From Crocinitomicaceae bacterium (GTDB lineage: Bacteria; Bacteroidota; Bacteroidia; Flavobacteriales_D; Crocinitomicaceae): a stretch of DNA of 64,000 nt. The stretch is taken from assembly GCA_024643545.1 (NCBI GenBank), contig JAHEMR010000005.1, forward strand, positions 173,025-237,024, read 5' to 3'. Positions 30,157 to 39,239 of the stretch are shown one piece after another. The notes under the pieces are model-generated. The model worked only from the letters and a program-made list of their open reading frames with translations. It was not told the origin of the DNA and ran no database searches. The translations under genes and the position numbers were made by a program. Numbering within the stretch: position 1 is the first letter of the stretch; every line of letters begins with the position of its first letter.

Positions 30157-30813
30157 ATGAAAGGAATACTAGCTCATTTAATCTCCTGGGTATTTTTGCC
30201 CCTACTCATGCCAACATATGGAATTTTATTGGCGATGTATATTCCTTCCAATCCAAAAGACTTAACGCATGCATCTTTGTATATGTTATTGCCAGATTTA
30301 AAGATGAGGTTGATTCTTCTTTTTTTCTTGTTTAGTGCTGTCGCCCCAGGATTATCCTTTTTAGCCCTCCATCAAAAAAAAGTGATTAGCACCATAGATA
30401 TTGAAAATCAACGCGAACGAAACATTCCACTTTTAGTAATGATGGCTTATTCATTGGTCTTGTTTTTATTGTTTTTTGTAAAAGCACCTAAGTCAGTACT
30501 TCCAATAGCATTTTATGCACTCCCATTGTCCGGAGTCCTTGTAACAGGTGTCTTTATGGGAATAAATAGGTGGATAAAAATATCTCTTCATGCAGGAGGA
30601 GCAGGTATTTTGGTTGGATTCTTATTTGCATTTTTTTTAGAACAACATACGTTTGAAACATGGATTTTACCTGCTGCCATTTTTGCTTCTGGTTTAACCA
30701 TTTCAGCGCGTTTATTTTTAAATAAACATCGTCCAATTGAGGTCTATACCGGCTGGACATTAGCCGTTCTCATCACCTTTTTTACACATTATTTTTACGG
30801 TCAGTGTATATGA
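30157..30813 (+). CDS. polytopic membrane protein, degenerate PAP2-like motifs
   Basis: The ORF-track start at 30130 is TTG inside rpoN, and the ATG at 30157 (MKGILAHL) is 1 nt after the rpoN stop. ISLHAGG and SARLFLNKHRPIE loosely resemble PAP2 motifs. Confidence 0.45.
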   Translation: MKGILAHLISWVFLPLLMPTYGILLAMYIPSNPKDLTHASLYMLLPDLKMRLILLFFLFSAVAPGLSFLALHQKKVISTIDIENQRERNIPLLVMMAYSLVLFLLFFVKAPKSVLPIAFYALPLSGVLVTGVFMGINRWIKISLHAGGAGILVGFLFAFFLEQHTFETWILPAAIFASGLTISARLFLNKHRPIEVYTGWTLAVLITFFTHYFYGQCI

Positions 30814-31370
30814 ATTTTACGAACGCTCTTCTACTTTTAACTGGTGTCTTTTTATTTTCCTGTTCGGATTTAAAGAAAGATGAACAATTGAAACGTATTT
30901 CCAAATTGGAGCAACGACTTAGTGTGATTGAGCAAACACGCATTAAAAATGAAATCGACACACTCTCCGCTCTTAAATCGACAACAAATTCCGTGGAGAT
31001 TCGCTTAAAAAAATATTTAGTGTTGGATACGATCAACTTGGTTTTAGGCAAAAAAATCGATGCCTATAAAATCATGAGAAGAAACTTAAATCCACTTTGG
31101 AAACAAAATAGCCAACTAAAAACAGCCATTCGAGAAGAACAAAGAACATTAAAGGCCTTGAGCGCAGATATTGAAAATGGTTCTGGAAGCAGGGATAAAT
31201 ATGAATCTTATATTTTGTTTGAAAAAAACAAAATAAGTCAAGTGGATGTTTTACTAAAAGAATACCTACGACTCAAGCTGGAAACACTTGAAACATATCA
31301 TAAATTACACGCTGAATTAAATCAATTGTCTCTTGATTTATTAAGAAAACATAATTTAAATCACGAATGA
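30804..31370 (+). CDS. coiled-coil lipoprotein, unknown function
   Basis: 188 aa with a lipobox VFLFSCSD and a heptad-rich remainder. It overlaps both neighbours. Confidence 0.5.
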   Translation: MYMNFTNALLLLTGVFLFSCSDLKKDEQLKRISKLEQRLSVIEQTRIKNEIDTLSALKSTTNSVEIRLKKYLVLDTINLVLGKKIDAYKIMRRNLNPLWKQNSQLKTAIREEQRTLKALSADIENGSGSRDKYESYILFEKNKISQVDVLLKEYLRLKLETLETYHKLHAELNQLSLDLLRKHNLNHE

Positions 31371-33202
31371 AAATCACTGCATTATTTTTCCTTCTTTTTG
31401 TTTCTTTTTATTCGTTTTGTCAAACCGAAACAGATATTCAATTAGCACAGTATTACTATACAAATGGTGAGTTTGAGAAGGCAACAACCTACTATGAAAA
31501 GATCTATGAAAATGATCCGTCGAAAGTAATTTTCACGCGCTATTATGAGTGTTTAATGGAAACCAAAGACATTAAAACCGCTGAAAAAATATTAAAAAAA
31601 CAAGTGAATTTAAATAAAGGAGACCTAGAACTACGAGTAACCTTTGCGCAATTTTATGAAGAAATCGATGAGCCTGCAAAATCCCGTAAAATTTACGAAG
31701 AAATACTTGATGAGGTAAATAGTAATGCAGGATTAACCATACAAATCTATCAAGCATTTGTAGCTCGGGGAAAGTTTGAATTAGCCAAAACATGTTTGGA
31801 TAAGGGAAGAAAATTAGCCCCAACATATCCCTTTAACTTTCAATATGCCGATTATTATGCATTGATGGGCAACAAGCCGGAAATGATGAGGGAGTACATT
31901 GAATACCTCGAGCTACAACCAAACATGAAGGAATCCATTCAATTAGCCATAAATAGCCGTGTTAATTTATCGAAAAGCGATTCGCCTGATTTCATAGCTT
32001 TGAAAGAAATGTTAATTGCGAAGACACAAAAAACAAATGCACCATTGATTTACTCCGAGATGTTGATTTGGTTATTTATACAAAATCAAAACTTTAATGG
32101 AGCATTCATTCAAGCTCAAGCATTAGATAAGCGCGTACAAGGAGATGGTTCTCGTGTAATGGAACTAGGATTGGTTTGCGTTGAGAATAAATCCTATGAT
32201 ATCGCGCGAAAGTGCTTTGATTACATTATTGCTCTAGGCTCAAGTCAACCCTTGTATTTTGAGGCACAAAAAGCATTATTGAATACGCGTTTTATTGAAA
32301 TCACTACAAACCGAGCATATTCTTCCTCAGAGATTCAAGCAACAATACAAGATTATACAGACGCATTAGCACGCTTAGGTAAGTCCAAATTTACTTTTCA
32401 GATTATTTTAGAGCTTGCACATATAAAGGCATTTTATGGAAACCAGGTTTTGGAATCCATCGATTTACTCACCAATTTATTGGCAACACCTGGTTTAACG
32501 GATATGCAACGTGCACAGGTTAAAATGAAGTTAGCGGATGTACAAGTTCTCGGAGGAGATATTTGGGAAGCTTCACTTCTTTACATGCAGGTGGACAATG
32601 ATTTCAAGTTCGAACCAATTGGAAACGAAGCAAAATACAAAAATGCACGGGTGTTTTATTTTGATGGAGAATTTGATTTTGCTCAGGGTCAATTAAATGT
32701 CTTAAAAGAATCAACTTCCAAAATGATTGCTAATGATGCCTTACAATTATCGGTTATGATTACGGATAATTATGGTTTAGACAGTAATTATCAGGCAATG
32801 CTTTGGTTTGCCACGGCAGAAAGACTAATTGAACAGCACCGATATGATTCGGCATTTGTCTTATTTGACAGCATTCAACTAACTTTCCCAATGCATGCCC
32901 TAGCAGACGAAATTTTGTTTCGAAAAGGCAAAGCAATGGAAGACCAGGGAAAATGGAAAGAGGCGGTAGATTACTATAGTGATCTTTTGAAATTTCACTC
33001 CGATGACATCCTCGGGGATGACGCATTGTTTCGTTTGGCAGAAATCGAAGAAAATCAATTTCAAAACAAAGAAAAAGCGCTTGAATATTACAAGCGCTTA
33101 ATCATGGATTTTAAAGGAAGTTTATTCTCAACTGAGGCAAGGTCTCGCATTCGCTACTTAAGAGGTGATGCAAACATTGAACTTGATTCAGAGGAACTTT
33201 AA
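31367..33202 (+). CDS. tetratricopeptide-repeat protein (periplasmic)
   Basis: 611 aa with a signal peptide and repeated TPR-like A/Y/F patterns (AQYYYTNGEFEKATTYYEKI...). It has an ATGA overlap with the upstream gene. Confidence 0.75.
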   Translation: MKITALFFLLFVSFYSFCQTETDIQLAQYYYTNGEFEKATTYYEKIYENDPSKVIFTRYYECLMETKDIKTAEKILKKQVNLNKGDLELRVTFAQFYEEIDEPAKSRKIYEEILDEVNSNAGLTIQIYQAFVARGKFELAKTCLDKGRKLAPTYPFNFQYADYYALMGNKPEMMREYIEYLELQPNMKESIQLAINSRVNLSKSDSPDFIALKEMLIAKTQKTNAPLIYSEMLIWLFIQNQNFNGAFIQAQALDKRVQGDGSRVMELGLVCVENKSYDIARKCFDYIIALGSSQPLYFEAQKALLNTRFIEITTNRAYSSSEIQATIQDYTDALARLGKSKFTFQIILELAHIKAFYGNQVLESIDLLTNLLATPGLTDMQRAQVKMKLADVQVLGGDIWEASLLYMQVDNDFKFEPIGNEAKYKNARVFYFDGEFDFAQGQLNVLKESTSKMIANDALQLSVMITDNYGLDSNYQAMLWFATAERLIEQHRYDSAFVLFDSIQLTFPMHALADEILFRKGKAMEDQGKWKEAVDYYSDLLKFHSDDILGDDALFRLAEIEENQFQNKEKALEYYKRLIMDFKGSLFSTEARSRIRYLRGDANIELDSEEL

Positions 33203-34402
33203 TTAATGTAAATCTGGCATTTCACGAGTGAATGCTGGAATCCCAGTAACATCCATCCCTGTAATTAATAAGTGAATGTCGTGTGTTCCTTCGTAGGTTA
33301 CAACCGATTCAAGATTTGCCATGTGGCGCATCATGGAATACTCACTTGTAATTCCCATTCCACCGTGAATTTGGCGTGCTTCACGCGCAATGTTCAAGGC
33401 GATTTCTACATTGTTTCGTTTCGCCATGGAAATTTGAGCTGACGTTGCACGTCCTTCGTTGCGAAGCTGTCCCAAACGGAAGGTAAGTAATTGAGCTTTC
33501 GTGATCTCAGTAATCATTTCAGCTAGTTTTTTCTGAATCAATTGAAATGCTCCGATGGGAACATTAAATTGTGTGCGTTCTTTCGAGTAGCGCAATGCTT
33601 GATCGTAACAATCCATTGCTGCACCAATCGCTCCCCAGGCAATACCAAATCGCGCTGAATCAAGACAACTTAGTGGCGCACCAAGTCCTGATCGTCCCGG
33701 AAGGATATTTGATTTAGGAACTTTCACGTTATCAAAAATAAGCTCTCCGGTTGCAGAAGCACGAAGGGATAATTTCCCGTGCATTTCAGGCGTTGAAAAT
33801 CCTTCCATTCCACGCTCAACGATGATACCGTGAATTCGTCCGGTCTCATCCTTTGCCCAAACAACGGCGATGTCCGCGAAAGGAGCATTAGAGATCCACA
33901 TTTTGGCACCGTTTAGGATTACATGATCACCTGCATCTTTAAAGTTAGTAGTCATTCCACCTGGATTAGACCCGTGGTCAGGCTCGGTAAGACCGAAACA
34001 TCCCATCATTTCACCAGTGGATAGTTTAGGTAAATATTTTTGTTTATGTTCTTCGGAACCATACTTCCAAATAGGGTACATCACGAGTGAAGACTGCACA
34101 GAAGCCGTAGAGCGTAATCCTGAATCGCAACGTTCCAACTCTTGCATAATTAAGCCGTAGGAAATATGATCTAATCCAGGCCCACCATATTCTTCTGGGA
34201 TATACGGACCGAAAGCTCCAATTTCTCCTAGTCCTTTTAAAATGTGCATAGGGAACGTAGCATTTTCGTAATGCTCATCAATAATCGGAGAAACTTCTTT
34301 TTTAACCCATGCTCGAGCAGCATCGCGAACAAGTTTGTGCTCATCCGAAAGTAGGTCATCCATCCCGTAGTAATCTGGATGTGTGAATAAATCTGTTTTC
34401 AT
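33203..34402 (-). CDS. acyl-CoA dehydrogenase (glutaryl-CoA dehydrogenase-like)
   Basis: 399 aa with ACAD motifs (GCFGLTEPDHGSNP, WISNA, YEGTHDIH). Confidence 0.9.
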   Translation of the reverse strand: MKTDLFTHPDYYGMDDLLSDEHKLVRDAARAWVKKEVSPIIDEHYENATFPMHILKGLGEIGAFGPYIPEEYGGPGLDHISYGLIMQELERCDSGLRSTASVQSSLVMYPIWKYGSEEHKQKYLPKLSTGEMMGCFGLTEPDHGSNPGGMTTNFKDAGDHVILNGAKMWISNAPFADIAVVWAKDETGRIHGIIVERGMEGFSTPEMHGKLSLRASATGELIFDNVKVPKSNILPGRSGLGAPLSCLDSARFGIAWGAIGAAMDCYDQALRYSKERTQFNVPIGAFQLIQKKLAEMITEITKAQLLTFRLGQLRNEGRATSAQISMAKRNNVEIALNIAREARQIHGGMGITSEYSMMRHMANLESVVTYEGTHDIHLLITGMDVTGIPAFTREMPDLH

Positions 34403-34421
34403 AATTTACCTTATTTGAATG

Positions 34422-34429
34422 CAAAAGTA
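34422..34429 (-). promoter_or_regulatory. candidate -7 box (TActTTTG) for the acyl-CoA dehydrogenase gene
   Basis: The minus strand reads TACTTTTG, 19 nt upstream of the ATG. Confidence 0.45.
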
Positions 34430-34467
34430 AGTAATAATTAAAATGTCCACCTCATACATTTTTGAAT

Positions 34468-34475
34468 TAATTTTG
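34468..34475 (+). promoter_or_regulatory. candidate -7 box (TAatTTTG) for the DUF4271-like/hemD pair
   Basis: TAATTTTG lies 3-6 nt upstream of the GTG/ATG at 34479/34482. Confidence 0.35.
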
Positions 34476-34478
34476 TAG

Positions 34479-35165
34479 GTGATGATATATATATTACTTA
34501 GCTCGTTTGAACTTGTTGAACGAAACACACAAATGAATAGTTACTTACTGGTAATATTACTGTTGTGCTTTGCTTTTGTTGGTGTTGCGCGTGTCGCACA
34601 GCCGGATTTAATCGCCCAAACTTTTAGCGGATTTTTTAAGGTAAAACGTCCGGACAGCATGGGTTTTGAAGGCTCTAAGTTGCAACCGAGCATGACGGTA
34701 TTGATTGTGTTAAACTATATCATTTCTTTCGCCACCTGTGTGTTTTTGATTTTATATCAAAATGAGCATATGCTTGAAACGATCGGCTTAACTTTAAAAA
34801 TTGTCGCTGCATTAACGTTGTTGCAATTAGTAAATTTTCGCCTTGTATTTTTGTTGTCAGGGGAGCGAGCAATTCTAGATTCAATGAGTACTGTGAATAA
34901 ACAAGTATGGTCTTTTGGTGGATTCTTGCTCACGAGTTTGGCTTTGCTTTGGATTTTAAATCAAGAACACCGTGCTTTTTTTGAGCAATTGTTTCTTATT
35001 ATTTGTTTTTCTTTATTCGCATGGCGCATCATTAAAGGATTAATTCTTGCCACGCAATTAAGGTATAAATGGTATTATTTAATTTTGTATCTTTGCACCT
35101 TAGAAATTTTACCAATGTTGATTTTAAGCAAATTAGCTTGGAAATATTTCGCAGTAATTATTTGA
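34479..35165 (+). CDS. polytopic membrane protein (DUF4271-like, named from memory)
   Basis: 228 aa with about six hydrophobic helices. The start is ambiguous (GTG 34479, ATG 34482 or ATG 34533). As I recall, this family usually sits upstream of hemD in Bacteroidota. Confidence 0.55.
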   Translation: MMIYILLSSFELVERNTQMNSYLLVILLLCFAFVGVARVAQPDLIAQTFSGFFKVKRPDSMGFEGSKLQPSMTVLIVLNYIISFATCVFLILYQNEHMLETIGLTLKIVAALTLLQLVNFRLVFLLSGERAILDSMSTVNKQVWSFGGFLLTSLALLWILNQEHRAFFEQLFLIICFSLFAWRIIKGLILATQLRYKWYYLILYLCTLEILPMLILSKLAWKYFAVII

Positions 35166-35190
35166 TATTATACGTTAAAAACAACGAAAC

Positions 35191-35940
35191 TTGGCCATCA
35201 AGACAATTTTAGTTTCGCAGCCTAAACCAGAGGGTGAGAAGTCGCCATATTACGATTTGGCTGAAAAGTATAAGTTGAAAATAGACTTTCGTCCGTTTAT
35301 CAAAGTAGAAGGAATTGATCCTAAAGAATTTAGGGCTCAAAGAGTCAATTTATCTGAGCATACGGCCATCATTTTAACATCTAAAGTTGCAGTAGACCAC
35401 TTTTTTCGCATTGCAGAAGCAACACGATTTGAGGTGCCAGACACCATGAAATACTTCTGTATTACAGAGGCAGTTGCGTTGTATCTTCAAAAATATGTGA
35501 CCTACCGAAAACGAAAAATTTTCTTTGGTAAACAAACAATCGATGAATTAGCGGAGATGATGAAGAAACATAAGAACGAAAAATTCTTATTGCCTTGTAC
35601 AGATATTCTTCGCGACAATATTCCATTGACACTAGAACAACAATCCATACCTTTTACGAAGGTAATTTTGTATAGAACTGTTGCATCTGACTTGTCTGAT
35701 TTGGAAGATGTTTACTACGACATGTTGGTGTTTTTTAGTCCTGGAGGAATTGAGTCTTTATTCAAAAATTTCCCTGATTTCAAACAAAATGAAACGGCCA
35801 TTGCTGCGTTTGGTCCAACCACCGCTAATGCTGTAGTCAAAAATAACTTGAGGTTAGATGTCCATGCACCTCATCCTAAAGCTCCTTCAATGGTTGGCGC
35901 AATCGAATTGTTTATCAAGGAACAATCAAAAAAGAAATAA
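35191..35940 (+). CDS. hemD: uroporphyrinogen-III synthase family protein
   Basis: 249 aa with the TILVSQPKP...PFIKVEG pattern. It uses a TTG start, since there is no in-frame ATG for about 85 codons. Confidence 0.8.
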   Translation: MAIKTILVSQPKPEGEKSPYYDLAEKYKLKIDFRPFIKVEGIDPKEFRAQRVNLSEHTAIILTSKVAVDHFFRIAEATRFEVPDTMKYFCITEAVALYLQKYVTYRKRKIFFGKQTIDELAEMMKKHKNEKFLLPCTDILRDNIPLTLEQQSIPFTKVILYRTVASDLSDLEDVYYDMLVFFSPGGIESLFKNFPDFKQNETAIAAFGPTTANAVVKNNLRLDVHAPHPKAPSMVGAIELFIKEQSKKK

Positions 35941-36022
35941 TTACTTCTTTTAAAAAACTCATTCAGGCCTTTTTTTTCTTCGTGAATTCTTATTATATTT
36001 ACCCGAACTTAAAATATAATTC

Positions 36023-37522
36023 ATGAAAAAACTATTATTCTCAGCTTTATTGCTTGTGTCAGGAGTTAGCGCGAATGCACAGTTAGCAAATGGTAGTGTC
36101 GCTCCAAACTGGACGTTCACTGACTTGAATGGTACTTCTCAATCTTTGTATTCTTACTTAGATCAAGGAAAAACCGTTTTTATTGATGTATCTGCTGCTT
36201 GGTGTGGTCCATGTTGGAACTACCACAACACACACGCACTACGTGATTTATACGAAAACCACGGACCAACTGGATTTCCAAGTGTTGTTGCTGGTACAAC
36301 AAACGATGTAATGGTTTTCTTTTTAGAAGGAGAACTTTCTAATACATCAGCTCAATTAAATGGTCCAGCTGCTGCAACTGGTGTTGCTTCAACTGCAACT
36401 CAAGGTGACTGGGTAACAGGAACAACGTATCCAATCGTTGACCTTCCTAACACCGCTGCAGGTCAAGCATTCATGTCAGGATATAACATCGCTTATTTCC
36501 CTACAATTTACAAAATTTGCCCTAACCGTATTATCGAGGAAGTTGGTCAAGCTACTGCTGCTAACTTGTATGCATCTGTTGCTTCTTGTCCAGCTCCGGC
36601 TTCTCAGCCAGCTGACGTTGCAGCTTTAGCATATACAGGAGCATTGGTACACTGTGAAGGTGCTTACACACCATCTGTTCAAATCCAAAATAATGGTACA
36701 TCTGCATTAACAAGTGCTACTGTAACAATTTCAATGGGTGGAACAACAGTTTCTACTGGTACTTACTCTGGTAACTTAGCTACTTACGGTGTTGCTAACG
36801 TAACATGTACGCCAATTGCTTCATTCATGGGTGGAGCTTTAACAGTTACAGTTACTACAACAGGTGATGCATCTGCAACAAATAATGGTGTAAATGCTAC
36901 AGTTGGACTAGCTGCTAATGCTACTTCTCAATATGTAACAGTAAACATTACAACAGACCGTTACGCTTCTGAAACTTCTTGGAACATCAAAAACAGCACA
37001 GGTGTTGTTGTTGCTCAAGGTGGAGGAAGTTGGACTGACTTAAGTGCAACAGGACAAACTGTTCAAGCGCCAGTATTGGTTACTTTGAATCCTTCACAAT
37101 GTTATACATTCGAAATCTTGGATGCATACGGTGACGGAATTTGTTGTTCTTACGGAAATGGTGCTTACTCTGTTGTAGATATGGCAGGTACAGTATTAGG
37201 TTCAGGTGGATCATTTGCTTCAAGTGAGCAAAAAGCATTCAAAACAGGTGTATTAGGAATCAACGAATTAGAAACTATCGCGTTGAATGTTTACCCTAAC
37301 CCAGCATCAGATGTATTAAACGTAACTTTCGAAGCAAACAATGCTGATTTCGTTATTACATTAACAGATCTTCAAGGACGTGTAATTTCTTCTAAAGAAA
37401 TGACAAACTTGAATGGTACTCAATTAGTATCATTTGCAACTGCAAATATTGCTGGTGGTAGCTACATCGTAACTGTTGCTTCAAACGGTACAAAAACAAC
37501 TAAAAACGTAGTGATTAAATAA
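36023..37522 (+). CDS. T9SS-secreted protein with an N-terminal thioredoxin-like domain (WCGPC)
   Basis: 499 aa. The order is a signal peptide, DVSAAWCGPCWNY, a CARDB-like module, a TTDRYASETSW...CYTFEILDAYGDGICC module, then the type-A sorting domain VYPNPASDVLNV...GSYIVTV...VVIK. Confidence 0.85.
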   Translation: MKKLLFSALLLVSGVSANAQLANGSVAPNWTFTDLNGTSQSLYSYLDQGKTVFIDVSAAWCGPCWNYHNTHALRDLYENHGPTGFPSVVAGTTNDVMVFFLEGELSNTSAQLNGPAAATGVASTATQGDWVTGTTYPIVDLPNTAAGQAFMSGYNIAYFPTIYKICPNRIIEEVGQATAANLYASVASCPAPASQPADVAALAYTGALVHCEGAYTPSVQIQNNGTSALTSATVTISMGGTTVSTGTYSGNLATYGVANVTCTPIASFMGGALTVTVTTTGDASATNNGVNATVGLAANATSQYVTVNITTDRYASETSWNIKNSTGVVVAQGGGSWTDLSATGQTVQAPVLVTLNPSQCYTFEILDAYGDGICCSYGNGAYSVVDMAGTVLGSGGSFASSEQKAFKTGVLGINELETIALNVYPNPASDVLNVTFEANNADFVITLTDLQGRVISSKEMTNLNGTQLVSFATANIAGGSYIVTVASNGTKTTKNVVIK

Positions 37523-37542
37523 TCACCTTAACGATTTGGAAA

Positions 37543-37569
37543 CGCCCTCAATTGAGGGCGTTTTTTTTT
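37543..37569 (+). terminator. rho-independent terminator
   Basis: CGCCCTC-aatt-GAGGGCG is followed by T9, 20 nt after the stop codon. Confidence 0.9.
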
Positions 37570-37580
37570 GACTATACTTT

Positions 37581-39239
37581 ATGTTTATTCCTTTACAAGA
37601 TCAAAGTTCGGTTTTACTTCCAACAAAGTTTACCTACCCATTTTATTATGACCCACATCCCATTGCATTAATTGCGTCGAGGGAATTACAAGTAAGATTG
37701 CAAAAACAGGAATTTCATCATGATTTCGGTATCGGTCAAAAAGTGAGAAATGGTGCCATTGGAAAAATGTTTGGCGTACTTGTAGTCGAAGATCAAACCG
37801 GAAAATTAGGTTACATAGCGGCATTTTCAGGGAAACTAGGAAATTCAAATCATCACGAAGGATTTGTTCCTCCCGTTTTCGACTTATTGGACCCAAATGG
37901 ATTTTTCAGAAAAGAAGAGATCGAGGTCAATGAATTGACATTGGAATTAAATCGCTTGGAGCAAAACGAAATTTATTTGGCGTTAAAAAACCAAGTGGAA
38001 ACAACCCGCGCTGAGTTCTTAATTTGGATTCAAAACGAAAAAGCCCGTTTAAAAGAACATAAAAAAAACCGCCAACTAAAAAGAACCGCTGCAAATCAAG
38101 AAGAGCTTGTTGCATATAATCTGCTCTTAGAAGAATTAAAGGAAGAAAGCATCCAACAGCAAATTCAATTTAAACAGCAGCAATATGTAAAAAAATTAGC
38201 GCTAGATGAATTAGCGGAATCTTTGCAGCAATTTGAAAATCAATTAAACGAATTACGAGAGAAAAGGGCTGCAATGTCTGCGGATATTCAAGCTCGAATT
38301 TTTCAGTCGTATACGTTTCTTAATTCGGCCAATCAACAAAAAAGTTTACTCGACATTTTTAAGGATACACCGTTCAAAACCCCTCCAGCTGGAGCAGGAG
38401 AGTGTGCTGCGCCTAAATTGTTGCAGTACGCCTTTTTAAATCAATTGAAACCCATCGCAATGGCGGAATTTTGGTGGGGTATGTCGCCGGATTCAGAAGT
38501 GAAAGTCCATCAGGAATATTATCCTGCTTGCCGCGGAAAGTGTGAACCGATTTTATCTCATATGTTGAAAGGAATCGAAATGGATGTGAATCCAATGAGC
38601 ATCAATCCAGCAGAAGGAAAAGAACTTCCAATCATATATGAGGACGACTATTTGCTGGTTGTTAATAAACCCGCGGAATTTTTATCCGTTCCAGGTAAAA
38701 CCATTGATGATTCGGTACAATCTAGAATCCACCACAAATATCCATCTGCTACAGGCCCTTTATTGGTTCATCGATTGGATATGTCAACTTCGGGAATTAT
38801 TCTCATTGCAAAAAAGAAGGACATCCATGAATCCTTACAGAAACAATTTTTAAAGCGCAGTGTAGAGAAACGTTACATGGCTCTTTTACAAGGTTATGTA
38901 AAATCAACTCAAGGAGAAATTGACCTCCCACTTCGTGTCGATTTAGAAGACCGCCCTAGGCAATTGGTTTGTTATGCGCATGGCAAACATGCTTTGACGA
39001 AATACGAGGTGTTAGAGCGAACGAAAGGTCACACACGAGTGTATTTCTATCCTCATACAGGACGCACACATCAACTTCGTGTCCATGCGGCACATGTTTC
39101 AGGATTGAATGCACCCATTATAGGAGATGATTTGTATGGACAAAAATCAGATCGACTGTATTTACACGCTGAATACTTGAGTTTTTGGCACCCCATTACG
39201 AAAGAACGCATGGAAATTAAATGTCCGGCACCATTTTAA
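37581..39239 (+). CDS. RluA-family pseudouridine synthase with a ~340-aa N-terminal extension
   Basis: 552 aa. The C-terminal core has LLVVNKP, catalytic HRLDMSTSG and HQLRVH. The N-terminal region contains a long coiled coil and Cys motifs. Confidence 0.9.
   Translation: MFIPLQDQSSVLLPTKFTYPFYYDPHPIALIASRELQVRLQKQEFHHDFGIGQKVRNGAIGKMFGVLVVEDQTGKLGYIAAFSGKLGNSNHHEGFVPPVFDLLDPNGFFRKEEIEVNELTLELNRLEQNEIYLALKNQVETTRAEFLIWIQNEKARLKEHKKNRQLKRTAANQEELVAYNLLLEELKEESIQQQIQFKQQQYVKKLALDELAESLQQFENQLNELREKRAAMSADIQARIFQSYTFLNSANQQKSLLDIFKDTPFKTPPAGAGECAAPKLLQYAFLNQLKPIAMAEFWWGMSPDSEVKVHQEYYPACRGKCEPILSHMLKGIEMDVNPMSINPAEGKELPIIYEDDYLLVVNKPAEFLSVPGKTIDDSVQSRIHHKYPSATGPLLVHRLDMSTSGIILIAKKKDIHESLQKQFLKRSVEKRYMALLQGYVKSTQGEIDLPLRVDLEDRPRQLVCYAHGKHALTKYEVLERTKGHTRVYFYPHTGRTHQLRVHAAHVSGLNAPIIGDDLYGQKSDRLYLHAEYLSFWHPITKERMEIKCPAPF

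Noticed and set aside
36023-37522. Horizontal transfer of the thioredoxin-like T9SS gene because of its distinct codon usage
   Set aside because: The bias runs toward translationally preferred codons, with a native-looking promoter box and terminator. No mobility genes or repeats flank it, so high expression is the simpler explanation.
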